A stretch of DNA of 63,668 bases, the filler included, from Octopus bimaculoides (Eukaryota), in assembly GCF_001194135.2 (NCBI RefSeq). It is 6 parts of 5 records of this genome, joined end to end, with 100 filler letters (N's around TTAATTAATTAA, not from the genome) between each part and the next. Parts side by side here need not be neighbours in the genome. Positions count along the whole stretch, not along the records: positions 21,619 to 36,378 come from NC_068997.1; positions 36,479 to 43,302 come from NC_068994.1; 4 more parts are not named here. One strand, 5' to 3'. The translations under genes and the position numbers were made by a program. Position 1 is the first letter of the stretch; each line of letters begins with the position of its first letter. Positions 25,611 to 40,230 of the stretch are shown piece after piece. The notes beneath the pieces are model-generated. The model did not search any database, was not told the DNA's origin, and was given only the letters and a program-made list of their open reading frames with translations.

Positions 25611-26239
25611 TTTCTGTTATCTAAGTTATTCGATTTATTTATGGTTATGATTCTGTTTTATCTATATCTGTTTTTTTTTTGTCTTCTGTACCAGTGTTAT
25701 CTTAAATCTCTGTTCCTTACATTATATATTTTATTTATGAAATAGTTATCTGCTATTTCCGTTACTTAAATCGTTCATAATATTCATGTTTTATGTGATA
25801 TGTGTTATCAGTGATATCTGTTCTATTTATATCATTGGTGTCTGTTATATCATTTATTTATTGTATTTTATTCATGACGTTTCCATCTGCTATTTCTGTT
25901 GTCTTAACTTATTCTTACCATTTATGAAATCTATGCTTTCTGTGAGATCTGTTTTATTCGTGCCATTGTTATCTGTTACGACTGTATTCTGTGTTATCTG
26001 TTTTACTTAAGATATCAGTTTTTGTTATTTCTATTTATCTTACTTGTGACATCTTTTTATATTTACCGTATTTAAGTAACCTAAACTCAGATCTTGTGTT
26101 TATAAGTCAGAGGCTAATTTTCTTACGCAATTTTAGGGCAAAAAATGCACTTCTCAAGCCATTAAATCTCATTACATTGATAAAAAATAAGATTGATACA
26201 ATAATTATTGAATATATTGTAGATGACACACCATATGTG

Positions 26240-26540
26240 TTTTTTTTACCAGCCTCTCGTCTTCTGACCATCGAATACCAGAGCTGGCGCATTAGTGTGC
26301 CAGCCCCTGCAGTTCTAGTATCCACTCCCGTCTCCTGTTTCCTATCACTCGTGAATACGACTCCGAGACTTTTAAACTTTTCCCCTTGTTTTAGTGATGT
26401 TCCACTAACATGCAGAGCACACTGGGAAGACTTTCTAGAGAGGAACAATATCTTAGTCTTCACAACACTAATTCTCTCATCCGTACCTTTCAGCGAAACC
26501 TCTCGGTGCACGCTGCAGATCACCCGATAAGCCATTGTCT
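26240..26540 (-). mobile_element. RTE-clade (Expander/REX3-like) LINE fragment
   Basis: RISVVKTKILFLSRKSSQCALHVSGTSLKQGEKFKSLGVVFTSDRKQETGVDTRTAGAGTLMRQLWYSMVRRREAGKK. Confidence 0.75.
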
Positions 26541-27069
26541 CTGTCGTAATGTAAACTGCTTTAGTTTCAACAGACCAATGCTAGTCATATATCATAGCCA
26601 AACCAGTACAAATCCGAAATATATAATCTCTTATGTAACATAAATAAATCCTACATTATTATGCTGTATCTATATCACATGTTACGTACGTTACACCGCT
26701 TTCATCTATTATATTCTTTATGTTTATTGTTAATATCTAACATTTTCAGCGCTATTCAGTCCTATTTCAATGGATGTCTCATTCTTTTGTGCAAATAATA
26801 GTTCTTTTATCACCAATATCGTCCCGTCTCTCCCTCTTTCTCTCTTTGTGTGTCTCACACTTAAGCTCTCTCTTATTGCCACTTTTATAACATCTCTTTG
26901 CCTTGTTCTCTCTCACCGTCTCTCTCCCATATCGCAATTATTACTTTGTCTCTCTCTTTCTCACACGCATTCTTATTGCAATTATCATCTTTCATCTTCT
27001 CTCTCACGCCACCATTTTATACTGTCTTTCTTTCTCTTTCATTGTAATTGACAACTGTTCTCTCGCCCC

Positions 27070-27255
27070 CTCTGCCTCTCTTTCTCTCTGCCTCTCTTTC
27101 TCTCTGCCTCTCTTTCTCTCTGCCTCTCTTTCTCTCTGCCTCTCTTTCTCTCTGCCTCTCTTTCTCTCTGCCTCTCTGCCTCTCTTTCTCTCTGCCTCTC
27201 TACCTCTCTTTCTCTCTGCCTCTCTTTCTCTCTGCCTCTCTTTCTCTCTGCCTCT
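27070..27255. repeat. Pyrimidine-only-like minisatellite, 16-bp unit CTCTTTCTCTCTGCCT with 8-bp variants
   Basis: Direct reading. Confidence 0.9.
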
Positions 27256-27394
27256 CGCTCCCTCTCCCTCTCTTATTACCATTGTTCTCTCTCTCCCTCT
27301 CTCATGTTGCCATTTTATCTTGTCTCTTTTTCTCTCTCACACTCTTATTAACGTTTTTATCCCCTGTTTATCTGTCTCTCTTAAAATCATTATT

Positions 27395-27443
<49 letters not shown>

Positions 27444-27904
27444 TGCTCACACACACATATTTATTATCATTACCGTTATTGTCCCCTCTCTCTTATCGCC
27501 GTTATTAATGCATCGCTCATTATATCACTACCTCTTCCCTTTCATATCATCAATAATCCAGTGTCTCTGTCTGTCTGCTTGCCTGTCTATCTGTCTGTCA
27601 GTCTAACGTATGTCTGTCTGCGTGTCTGTCTATCTGACTGACTGTTTGTTTGTGTGTCTCTGTGTCTGTGTATCTCTGTGTGTCTCTCTGACTCCCTCTC
27701 TCTCCCCCAAATCTTCTGTTGAAGCCTTCACCATATTGAATCATTAAGACAAAAAGGAGCAAAAATATATTAGATAAACGTCGCATTGAGTACACTATGT
27801 CTGAAAATAGACGAGAAGGTTACAGCTGAGATATATTCGACCATATATTTGATTTAGCTCTTCTGAATTCGGACAAATAATGATAAGACTAATAATAATA
27901 AGAC

Positions 27905-28246
27905 TAATGGTTTCAAATCTTGCCACAACAACAGCCATTTTTTTTTCTTTTTTGGGAAGATGAGTCGATTACATCGACCATGGTATTTTACTGGTACTTA
28001 ATTCATCGACCCCGAAAGTATGAAAAATAATAATACTTTCAAATTTTGGCACAAGGCCAGCAGTTTCAGGGGTGGAGTTAAGTCAATGTCGTTGACCCCA
28101 GTACTCAACTGGTATTTATTTTAATGACCCCGAAAGGAGGAAAGTCAAAGTCGACCTCGGCCGAATTTCAACTCGGAACTTAAAGACGGACGAAATGCCA
28201 CTAAGCATTTTGCCCGGCGTACTAAAGATTCTGGTGGCTCACCGCC

Positions 28247-28248
<2 letters not shown>
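27905..28248 (-). mobile_element. Two tandem SINE family A copies
   Basis: Same diagnostic blocks as other family A copies. Confidence 0.8.
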
Positions 28249-28284
<36 letters not shown>

Positions 28285-28839
28285 NNNNNNNNNNAATAAT
28301 AATAATAATAATAATAATAATGATAATAATAATAATAATAACGACGACGACAGCAACAAACATTCAAACACCATAAAGAAGGCTTCTTCCTGAATTGTTG
28401 AAACGATTTCCATTTTTCTTTTTGTGGTGAGGATTATAGAAGCCATTCTCGACAAGATACCGAGTAACCAGCAATAAAGCTGGCCTCAAGCAGCCATTTT
28501 GTCTTGGGAGTTACAAAAGTAAAAGAGAGGAAAAAATTAAAAAAAAAAAAAAGGTGAGAAATCTAAAAGGAAGAGGCCATAAAAAGCACTAAAACGATCA
28601 ATTCAAGATTTAAAAGTATTAAGATTATATCGGAGGGAAACAAGTTGGAAGAGAGTTCCTTAAGTCAAACGCTCGAAGAAAGAAATTAATTGTGTAGAAA
28701 CTTTTACAAGAAGGCAGGGACAGCACCAGCAATGTGAATTTTACAAGAATTCAATATCAGCATTTCGAAACTATATATAAAAGGAATTCTTACCGAGAGA
28801 AGCCGCCGCAGGTCCTACTGAAGCTTTGTATATTTATTT

Positions 28840-28922
<83 letters not shown>

Positions 28923-30067
28923 NNNNNNNNNNNNNNNNNNNNNNNNNNNNNNNNNNNNNNNNNNNNNNNNNNNNNNNNNNNNNNNNNNNNNNNNNNNNNN
29001 NNNNNNNNNNNNNNNNNNNNNNNNNNNNNNNNNNNNNNNNNNNNNNNNNNNNNNNNNNNNNNNNNNNNNNNNNNNNNNNNNNNNNNNNNNNNNNNNNNNN
29101 NNNNNNNNNNNNNNNNNNNNNNNNNNNNNNNNNNNNNNNNNNNNNNNNNNNNNNNNNNNNNNNNNNNNNNNNNNNNNNNNNNNNNNNNNNNNNNNNNNNN
29201 NNNNNNNNNNNNNNNNNNNNNNNNNNNNNNNNNNNNNNNNNNNNNNNNNNNNNNNNNNNNNNNNNNNNNNNNNNNNNNNNNNNNNNNNNNNNNNNNNNNN
29301 NNNNNNNNNNNNNNNNNNNNNNNNNNNNNNNNNNNNNNNNNNNNNNNNNNNNNNNNNNNNNNNNNNNNNNNNNNNNNNATATATATACCCAACTAATGTG
29401 TTTTGTCTATGCGCTTATAAGTTGCAGAATTTCGTTGGAGGAAAAAAAAAAAAAGACAATAACCTAAAACCAGCCGAGGTATTCAATACTTTTTAACACT
29501 GAACATCTTGACGGGATTTTCCCTGGACGAAATTCCGCAGCCAATACCCAATAACCGTATAAACACAACTCATAAAATTCAGGCATACACACAAACATAC
29601 ATGCATACATGCATACAAAAATACATACATACATACATTCATGTGTGCATACAAGCATACATATATACAAATACACATTAGTACTTACATATATATATAT
29701 ATGAATATGTGTGTGTTTGCGTATGTGTCTATTATAATTATTATACACGTTTTGCATGTATTTTTAAATGTTCATTCTATTAGACATTGTGTTCTAATCA
29801 ACACATCAGTTTATTGCTTCTGTTAACCTACTAATCGATCATTCTGCTATTCTTGTATTCTATGCAGTTAAATTCAGTTAAATTCCGAATGCGTTTTTCT
29901 CATATCATGTAATTTAGGCAGAGTAGCCATTCTATGTTAATATTTATTTTCAGTATTCCTTCACTATCCTGTTTGTTATTCCGATAGATTCTCATTCTTA
30001 TTCTGCCCTTGGTAACAAAAGGAAAGTAATAAAAGTGAAAGAAACTGGTTGCAGGCGAAACACATTT

Positions 30068-30108
<41 letters not shown>

Positions 30109-30277
30109 GAATGAATTGTTGTTTATAGGGTATATGTGTATGCGTTTATAAGTCAGTGTGTGTAGTGTGTGTGTATGTATTTATAAGGGTATGTGACCTC
30201 TTTGTATTGGTTACACGCACACAGGCACAAACACACACACATTTTTACACATACACACATATACGTATATACACATG

Positions 30278-30321
<44 letters not shown>

Positions 30322-30559
30322 CATGCATATATATTTATATACATGTATATATGTATATGCATATGCATATATATGTATATATGTATATGTAGATCCCAAA
30401 CAACACTTATTTAAGTTCTGTTAACACCGCCGGATTGAATGGTACTGGCCAAATGTCGAAACCATAATGACATCTGTGGAGCAGCTGATGATGGAGGTAT
30501 GATGGATTGCTGGTATAGCTGTTTTTGTATATGTGGAATAGTATTATAACACATCCTTT

Positions 30560-30605
<46 letters not shown>

Positions 30606-30607
<2 letters not shown>

Positions 30608-30880
30608 TTTTATTCTTTTTTCTTTTACTTGTTTCAGTCATCTGACAGCGGCTATGCTGGAGCACCGCCTTTAATCGAGCAAATCGACCCCAGGATTTAT
30701 TCATTGTAGGCCTAGTACTTATTCTATTGGTCTCTTTTGCCGAACCATTAAGTTACGAGACGGAAACACACCAACATCTGTTGTCAACCGATGATGGGAG
30801 GACAAACACAAACAAATAACAAATACATACATATATATATACATATACATAAATACAACGGGCTTCTTTCAGTTTCTGTC
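30606..30880 (-). mobile_element. SINE family B, 3' two-thirds
   Basis: Homologous to 53-310. Confidence 0.8.
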
Positions 30881-32793
30881 TAATATATATATATATATAT
30901 ATATATATTGGAGACCCCCATCGGTCACGAATGACCATGGTGCACCTAGAAAGTTACCTTCCGAGACACAAATCCGGGCAAGGTTGTTTATGGAAGATCA
31001 GCAGTTGCCCATGGATACCAGCCTCCTCTCTCCATGTCACTGATGTTATCCACGAGAAAGGCAAAGGCCGATACAGCTTGGCACCAGTTATGTCGCAACT
31101 CATTTCTACAGCTGAGTGAACTGGAGCGACGTGAAATAAAATGTCTTGCTCAAGAACACAACACGCAGAAAAAAAGCCAAGAAAAGAAACAACAACGCGA
31201 GGACGTGGAAGATGCAAAGAATTAATAAGACACTCAGGGAAGGAAAAGAGTTTGTTTTATGTTTCGAGCGCAGCTCTTCTTCAGAAACAGGAGACAGAGG
31301 AAAGTCCAAAAGTAAAGGAAGAAGGAGGAAAAAAAAAATATATATTCATATATGCATATACATATATATGTATATATATATATACCTATAGATATACAGA
31401 TACATATAAGTATATATATATATGCATATACATACACCCACACACCCACAATAAGCACATATATGTTTACAGATGCATACTCTCTCACATACATAACTTT
31501 TTGGTGGTGTGGTGGTGGTCGGGGTGGTCGGGGTAAAGATATTTTCTTTGGAGTATTCCAGCTGGTAACTCACGAAGTCACAAGGTTCTTTTGTTTAGCT
31601 CAATACAGCTCTTGGGGGTTTGTGAATACTTGAATTAGTGAGTGTATATATGTGTGTATAAATGTATATGAATGGACAAACTCGCACTCATGTAGCGGGT
31701 GTGCATGTCATTTTTGTACACAAATAAACAAGCATGTGTTCACATATACATAATACAAATGTATGTATGTATGTATGTGTGTGTGTATGTATGTGTGTGT
31801 GTATGTATGTGTGCGTCTATGTATGTATGTTTGTATGTATGTATGTATGCATGCATGCATGCATGTGTGCATGTATGTATGAGTGTGTTTGTATGTGAAT
31901 GTATGGATGGGTGTGTATATAGATGTATGTATGTACGCATGTATGTATATCTATATATATGTGTGTGTGAGTGTGTGTGTATATGTATACCTATATATAT
32001 GAATAAATGATCGCACACTCTCTTATATGTATGTATGTATGTATTTATGTGCGTACGTAGTACGTATGTATGTATATATTTATGTGTATATGTATGCATG
32101 TATACATGCATGCATTATGTATGTATGTATGTATGTATGTATGTATGTATGTGTACATTGGTAAGTATTTTGCAATGCAGTGCTGCAGACGAACAGAGAG
32201 ATTTAATGAAGAAAATCACGGTATTGATCAGTTGTATGGTTTTTCTGAAATGACAGCCAGCCGCCAGCAAATTCCATGTGTATCGCTTTGAGATAGGTAG
32301 CTACGCACCGCTGTTATCACATTTCCATTCCATTCAGGAATTTACCGTGAGATAAAACGCGTTGCATGTTTATCACACGATATCTCGTGTTGATATCATC
32401 GATAACGACAATGGTGGAAGGTTCGTCAGATTCAAGCTAGCAACTTAAAACAGTGCTGTAACACAATACTTAGTTAATTGATCGTTGTTGCTGTTGTTGT
32501 TGTTGTTGCATGTCACGTTGTTCTCCGGAGCATTCCGACCTAACTTTTACACTTTTATCATTTTACACCGGTAGACAACTAATTTAATTGAATGAGATTA
32601 CCTGATATATTCTATGTATGTATGTATGTATGTATGTATGTATGTATGTATGTATGTATGTATGTATGTATGTGTGTACGCATGCATGCATGTATGTATG
32701 TATGTATGTATGTATGTATGCATAAGACAAGTTACGAAATGAGGCTATGTAAAACGGTGTTATATACATATGAAGTTGCGTAACACAGGTCAT

Positions 32794-32841
<48 letters not shown>

Positions 32842-33574
32842 ACACACACACACACATACGCACACACACACCACACGCACACACATTCAGACATATATCA
32901 GGCGCAAGCATGACTGTCGTTAAGAATTTCGTTTTGCAAAATTGTGGTTATATGAATATATATATATATGTATGTATGTATATATATGTACGTATGTACG
33001 AATGTGAGTATGTATGTATGTACGTACGTACGTATCTTGTATGTATGCATGCATATATGCATGTCATTGTTCAGTTTTATTTCAAGATTTCTTGCTAATA
33101 GAGAAAGAGCCGGTTTCTAACCTAGATCCAAGGCTCCTTCATTGGAATTTCAACAATACTAACAAAGTATTTTTGTATGTATGTATGTATGTATGTATGT
33201 ATGTATGTATGTATGTGTGTATGCATGTATTAGAGCGCCGTGGAGGATGCCTCGTTCCCGCTCTTCGCGCTCTGAGACGAAGTGAATGTCTTTAAGAATG
33301 TATCGTTTATTTATATAATCCAAGGTTTAAAAATTTGTCTTCGACCACTGATGGTTTACAATGGGCTGCAGTGTGGTACTAGTTTGTATTGCATTACACG
33401 ATTGCAGTTCTTTTTGCAAATCAATATGTAAATTTATTAGAAAGCAGTGAAGATGGAAATATCTGTAAGTAGCGTCAAGTTCGAAGCAAAAACAATCGCC
33501 GCGAAGCCGGAAAAACGAAAAAGCTTCAATATGGTCATTCGATCAGCTAGAAATGACAGCGAAATTCTTCCAGA

Positions 33575-33790
33575 TATCGATTTAAAATTTTGGCACAAGG
33601 CCGGCAATTTCGGATCGGCGGTAAGTCAATTACATTGATCCCAGTGTTCGACTGGTACTTATTTTATCGACTCCAAAAGAGTGAAAGGCAAGGTCGACCT
33701 CGATGTAATTTAAACTCAAAACGTAAAGACAGACTAAATGCTGCTTAGCATTTTGTCCGACGTGCTAACGGTTCTGCCAGCTCGCCACCT
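33575..33790 (-). mobile_element. SINE family A
   Basis: Tail, central domain, B box and head present. Confidence 0.8.
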
Positions 33791-34171
33791 TAATTCCTCC
33801 AAATATTAATCACTCATTAAAAAAAAAAAAAAGAAGGCACGCATTGAACATTGTGGCCCCTGATATACACCAAGAAGACAGGATGATGACGGTTGGAATA
33901 ACTTTGAACATGGGTGCACTCGATCAGGGCTGAGCTGGTACCAAATAACTTCTCAGAGTACCAGCTATGCAAAATATTACGATAGGTTAGAAGATATACC
34001 AATTCCACTTGAAGCTGGGTGGGGCTGAGATGAGAGCCCTCGCGTCTACATTTGCAGTCAGCTTCCGCATACCATCAAGATAAGAATGTTAGACTTTCTA
34101 AAAAATATTTGATAAAATCTACGGATGTGTATGTGTGTGTGCACACACATACATAATATGCATACGTATGC

Positions 34172-34223
<52 letters not shown>

Positions 34224-34879
34224 GTATATATATTGAAATATTGAAATATTGCGCTATTTAATATATATGAGTCGTCATATTTTTCTATTATATTACAAAA
34301 ATTTATATATGAATATATATATATATATATGTATGTATTTATATATATGGTTGTGTGTCTATGTGTATATGTGTGTGTTCTCCATCCGAGAACTATATGA
34401 GGTTTTGTTTGGTTAAGACGTAGCTAATATCTGTTGAGCAGTAGACTTTTTCTCTCTCTTGCAGACAGGTCCCTTACACCGACCAACAGCGAAAGGGTGT
34501 TCTTAATCATGATGGCTGACTAACGTCTTCGATTTTAAAATTCTAATGCATAATGAGCTCCAAAAGTTTTCCTATTATTAAATGTATTACTATTTCTAGC
34601 ATTTACGTGACATGTCATTTTCCTTCAATGGTTTTCTCATTAGTTGAGAGAGAAGTTGGGGTTGTTTCATTTCTGTTTCGTATGGAGGTGGATGTAATTA
34701 TTTATCGTTTAGTTTAGTTCTTTCTTTTCATTACCAACGTGTACAATTATTTGACGACCTGCGTATATCTAGTTTTCAACACCATACAGACATTTCAAAT
34801 ATTTGCTAAGTGTAAACATTATTATATCTTGGACCGTCAATACAAAGTTATCACCTCCCTTCTATGATACTAATCAGTG

Positions 34880-35200
34880 AAGGCGCGTGGCTTAGTGGTT
34901 AGGGAAATTCGGTTCTCGATTATAGGGTCGTTAGTTCGATTCCCGGCCGGCGGCGCGTTGTGTCCTTGAGCAATAAAGACACTTTATTTTTCACGTTGCT
35001 CCAGTCCACTCAGCTGGCAAAAATGTGTAGTGCCTGTATTTCAAAGGGCCAGCTTTGTCACATTCTGTGTCACGCTGAATCTCCCTGAGAACTACGTTAT
35101 GGTTACACGTGTCTGTGGAGTGCTCAGCCACTTGCACGTTAATTTCACGAGCAAGCTGTTCCATTGATTGGATCAACTGGAACTCTCGTTGTCGTAAACG
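34880..35200 (+). mobile_element. SINE family C, full-length, CpG-intact
   Basis: A box TGGCTTAGTGG, B box AGTTCGATTCCC, body TGTGTCCTTGAGCAA. Confidence 0.85.
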
Positions 35201-35244
35201 ACATATTACCAGTGATATATATATATATATATATATATTATTCG

Positions 35245-35722
35245 CTTACAAGTGACTGTTAATGCTAAAATCTACAAGCAAATTCTTAGACAGCATGCTC
35301 TTCCACATCTCCGATTCTCGTCAGTTCAACCTCCTACCTTCGTGCAGGATAACGCACCCTGTCACACTGCGAAGAGAGTCAAAGATTTTTTGAATGATGA
35401 AGTGGTTGATCTTATGGACTGGCCACCTCAAGGCCCGATCTCAAACCTATAGAAAACGTTTGGATGATTATTGGAGATGGGGCGCGAAGGAGAAATCCAA
35501 AGAATTAAGATGAATTCTGGGAATTATTGGAAAAAGAATGGAACAATATTACCCCATCATTTTGTCAAGAAATTAATTCAGTGCTGTGGTAACATATTTC
35601 AGGAGGTCATTGGTAGTAAAGGGATGTTCACAAAATATTAATAGTAAGGGTGTTTTTTTTTTTGTTCTTGTTCCAATTTTCATTGTTTATTTAAGTGACT
35701 CTTAACTTTTAGCCGTTGCAGT
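35245..35722 (+). mobile_element. Tc1-like transposase C-terminal relic with probable right TIR
   Basis: VNAKIYKQIL...FVQDNAPCHTAKRVKDFL...DWPPQGPDL..IENVW (second D and E region of DD34E, frameshifted), ending ...GMFTKY; GTGACTCTTAACTTTTAGCCGTTGCAG resembles a Tc1 TIR. Confidence 0.85.
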
Positions 35723-36870
35723 TTGGAAAATTATTTGCTTATTTCCTCATAACTTACGAAATATTTATTCCATTCACTTGAAATTTTCACGAGAGATAGG
35801 TGCTTCAAAATTAACTAAAAGAGATTTGTCGTAAATCAAATTTATATTAATGAGATGTAGGTAATTTTAACTTGTGTATATCTGATATGCTTTTATAATT
35901 ACTGTTGTATTGAATAATTATTGATACATCTAGATTAGCAGCAGCCAGTGCTACTATCCCCAACTCAAAATCTAGGTTACTTAAGGTGAGCCTGGTAATT
36001 GATGGTTTTAAGGTCTTGTTGTCTGTAACTTTTGAGCCATGGTGCAATCAACAAGATGGTAAAATTCCCTGCCATTAATTTGGTGTGGATGGGTAATATC
36101 AAATAATTCAATCACAACATATATTTAAATTAAACATGAAAAAATTGAAATATTATCATCACTTACATGGAAAACTTGAAATATTATCTTTCAGTATTTT
36201 ATAAGGTAAAATCTTAAATTATTAATTGACACATTATTAATTATCTTATAACAGCAATGCCTGGAAAAATCATGGATTGCATGGAAAAATGCGAGCATGA
36301 AAAGTAATATTGCAGCTAAAATTAAAATTTGAATATTAAAAATTATTTTATTATTGTTTACAAATAACACTATACTTANNNNNNNNNNNNNNNNNNNNNN
36401 NNNNNNNNNNNNNNNNNNNNNNTTAATTAATTAANNNNNNNNNNNNNNNNNNNNNNNNNNNNNNNNNNNNNNNNNNNNTATATATATATGTATATATATA
36501 TAGTGTGCAACAGTAAATAATTAACAATTTTATGTGGTCTACTTCAGTGGCATTATACAATCAATGTTGCAATTATTTGAAACATATATGTTTCGTACGG
36601 AGTGCTTGATGTTGTAAACAATCGTAAATATTCTGTAGATAATAGTGTTAAGTCAATCATGTGCGTAGCCATGCATGCAAATATACGGCGAAATAACTTC
36701 GTCTGTATAACTTAGACGTTAAACAAAACACCGCCGCCATAAGAAACACTACATACGTACATGTATGCATACGTACATACATACACACATGCATACGTAC
36801 GTACATACGTACATACGTACATACGTACATACGTACAAACATACATACATACATTCGTGTGCGCTGTGCA

Positions 36871-36907
<37 letters not shown>

Positions 36908-38189
36908 NNNNNNNNNNNNNNNNNNNNNNNNNNNNNNNNNNNNNNNNNNNNNNNNNNNNNNNNNNNNNNNNNNNNNNNNNNNNNNNNNNNNNNNNNNNNN
37001 NNNNNNNNNNNNNNNNNNNNNNNNNNNNNNNNNNNNNNNNNNNNNNNNNNNNNNNNNNNNNNNNNNNNNNNNNNNNNNNNNNNNNNNNNNNNNNNNNNNN
37101 NNNNNNNNNNNNNNNNNNNNNNNNNNNNNNNNNNNNNNNNNNNNNNNNNNNNNNNNNNNNNNNNNNNNNNNNNNNNNNNNNNNNNNNNNNNNNNNNNNNN
37201 NNNNNNNNNNNNNNNNNNNNNNNNNNNNNNNNNNNNNNNNNNNNNNNNNNNNNNNNNNNNNNNNNNNNNNNNNNNNNNNNNNNNNNNNNNNNNNNNNNNN
37301 NNNNNNNNNNNNNNNNNNNNNNNNNNNNNNNNNNNNNNNNNNNNNNNNNNNNNNNNNNNNNNNNNNNNNNNNNNNNNNNNNNNNNNNNNNNNNNNNNNNN
37401 NNNNNNNNNNNNNNNNNNNNNNNNNNNNNNNNNNNNNNNNNNNNNNNNNNNNNNNNNNNNNNNNNNNNNNNNNNNNNNNNNNNNNNNNNNNNNNNNNNNN
37501 NNNNNNNNNNNNNNNNNNNNNNNNNNNNNNNNNNNNNNNNNNNNNNNNNNNNNNNNNNNNNNNNNNNNNNNNNNNNNNNNNNNNNNNNNNNNNNNNNNNN
37601 NNNNNNNNNNNNNNNNNNNNNNNNNNNNNNNNNNNNNNNNNNNNNNNNNNNNNNNNNNNNNNNNNNNNNNNNNNNNNNNNNNNNNNNNATGTATGTATGT
37701 ATGTATGTATGTATGTATGCATGTATGTATGTATGTATGCATGTATGTATGTATGAATGTATGTATGTATGTATGTATGTATGCGTGTATGTATGTATGT
37801 ATGTATGTATGTATGTATGTATGTATGTATGCATGTATATTCATGCATAATAGCACACAGACTGATATATGTTTGCAGGTATTCATATATGCATGCCTAT
37901 AGCAGCATTGTCGTCAATGCAGTTTAATCATGAGACATCGTTATTTTTAATCGAATACATGTGTGTGTGTGTGTGTGTGTGTGTCTTCCTTGTTTTACTT
38001 GCTTTAACCACAAAACTGCGGCCATGCTGGGGCATGGCCTTGAAAAATTTCTGGTCGAAAGAATCAACCCTAGTACTTGTCTTGTTCTTAAGTCACCACT
38101 TATTCTATCGTTTTTTTTTTTTTTTTGCTTAACTGCTAAGTTGCAATGACATAGCATACCAACACAGTAAGTGAATGTAGTATGTTGGC

Positions 38190-39970
38190 ACAGAAAGAAT
38201 ACAGTAAAAGAAGAAGATATGGAGCAACAAAAAATATAATGCTGAATCTTACTGGATAGAACGTGAGAAAGTGAAACTGGATGAAGCTGAAGAGCAGAAA
38301 TGAGAAGCAATAAGAGTAGAAGAGCTAAGATGTGTTCTTAGAATGTCTCATGAATGGAAAACCCCAGGTCCAGACCGGATCCTTAACTTATGGTTGAATT
38401 GTTTGACAGAAGTACACCAACATTTTGCCGCATCCCTAACTGATCTCATCCAGAACTCAGAGCAAATACCTGCCTGGCTGACCGAAGGAATAACATACCC
38501 TTTTTTTTTTTGTACAAAAAACTGAAGACACGAAAAATCCAAAGAACCACCGACAATAACATGTCTCAACATCACCTACAAGATCTTCACATCGATACTA
38601 ACTGAAAGAATATGCACTTTCCTGGAACAGAACTCTATCCTTCCCCAAGGTCAAAAAGGTTGTACAAGGATTTCTTATGGATGCAAAGATCAATTAGTTA
38701 TAAATAAAATGATTGTAGAGAATTGCCGGAGCAAAAAGAAGAACTTGAGTATGGCATGGATAGACTAGAGGAAAGCGTTTGGTAGTGTCCCACATAATTG
38801 GCTACTCAAGGCCCTTGAGATATATAAGATCTCTCCTGTCATCTCCAAATTCTTACGAGGTAGCATGGCCAAGTGGAATACACATCTTCTAAACCATTGT
38901 AATGGGATGAGTCAATCTAACAATATCAAAATGAGGCATCTTTCAAGGTGAATCTCTCTTCCCATTACTCTTTTGCATGGCACTGATCCCACTCTCAAAT
39001 GAACTGAGTAACACCAGGTGTGGGTTCAAAATGTATAATATCATAGTAAACCATCTATTTTATATGGACGATATGAAGCTGTTTGCTAGAAATGACGAAG
39101 AGCTAGTAGGGCTGTTAACAACTGCTAAAGAGTTCAGCAATGACATCGGGATGGATTTTGGCCTTGATAAGTGTGCTAAAGCAACTTTTGTTAGATGCAA
39201 GCTCAAACAAACAGCCTCCATTAAATTAGATCCGGACACTACTATCAAGGAGCTTGACCCACAAGAAAGCTATAAATACCTAGAGATAAACGAAGGAAAT
39301 GGTATACAACATGCTTCTATGAAGGAAAAAATAAGAAAGTAGTATTACGGGAGAGTAAGACCCATACTAAAAACTGAACTCGGCTCTAAAAATCGCATCG
39401 AAGCTACTAACACCCTGTCACTTCCAGTAGTCCAATATAATTTTAACATCATTAACTGGAATCTTACAGAGCTCCAACGCCTGGACAGGAAGACAAGAAA
39501 ACTACCAGCATCTAAGAACACGCACCACCTAAAACCAGACGTTGATTGCCTGTACCTACCTGGAAGTAATGAGGGAAAAGGAATGATGCAGATAGAACTG
39601 TGCTATAAGACCTCCACAATAGCAATGAACAGGTACTTATCTAGTACTGTGGACCGGATGCTGAGGCTTGTGTGCAAACACGAAGGCTGCAAAAAATCAC
39701 ATTCTATTGTCAAGGAAGCTTGCAAATTCGCAAGGGAACTTGGCATTACTTCTGAATTAGATGAAGAGTCTGAAACCACTGCCACCAAACAAGCAAAACG
39801 GATCAAACAGACTGCAAAAAAGAACAGGCAGAAACAAACTGAGGAGTGGTGGAGCCAGAAGCCTCTGCATGGACGGTATATACTTCGAAGTTGAAATGCT
39901 TATGTGGACCAAGCAACAACCCATCGGTGGCTGAGAAGCTCAGGACTGAAAGCAGAGACAGAAAGTTTCG
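38190..39970 (+). mobile_element. R4/Dong-clade LINE reverse-transcriptase pseudogene
   Basis: Collinear, frameshifted: WKTPGPDRI..WL, ITCLNITYKIFTSIL, QKGC...GCKDQLVINK, LSMAWID.RKAF.SVPH, FQGESL.PLLFCMALIPLS, NHLFYMDDMKLFA, FGLDKC, YKYLEINE, KPLHGRY, GLKAETES; truncated by a family A SINE at ~39970. Confidence 0.9.
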
Positions 39971-40230
39971 CCCTCGGTAAAATATGAACTCAGAACGTAA
40001 AGACAGAGGGAATACAGCTAAGCATTTCGCCCGGCGTGCTAACGTTTCTGCCAGCTTGCTGCCTTGAAAGGCAAATAATATATTTATTTCTTTATTGTCC
40101 AAAGGGGGCTAAACATAGAAGAGACAAACAAGGACGGACAAAGGGATTTAGTCGATTACATCGACCCCAATGCGTAACTGCTGCTTATTTAATCGACCCC
40201 GAAAGGATGAAAGGTAAAGTCGACATCAGA
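39970..40230 (-). mobile_element. Two SINE family A pieces, the second with the alternative tail
   Basis: Head at ~40060; TTCTTTATTGTCCAAAGGGGGCTAAACATAG tail at ~40087. Confidence 0.75.

Noticed and set aside
27004-27282. ERKRGREA repeat protein
   Set aside because: Translation of the 16-bp CT-rich minisatellite.
34880-34960. tRNA genes at SINE heads
   Set aside because: A and B boxes are present but run into SINE bodies, with no complete cloverleaf.
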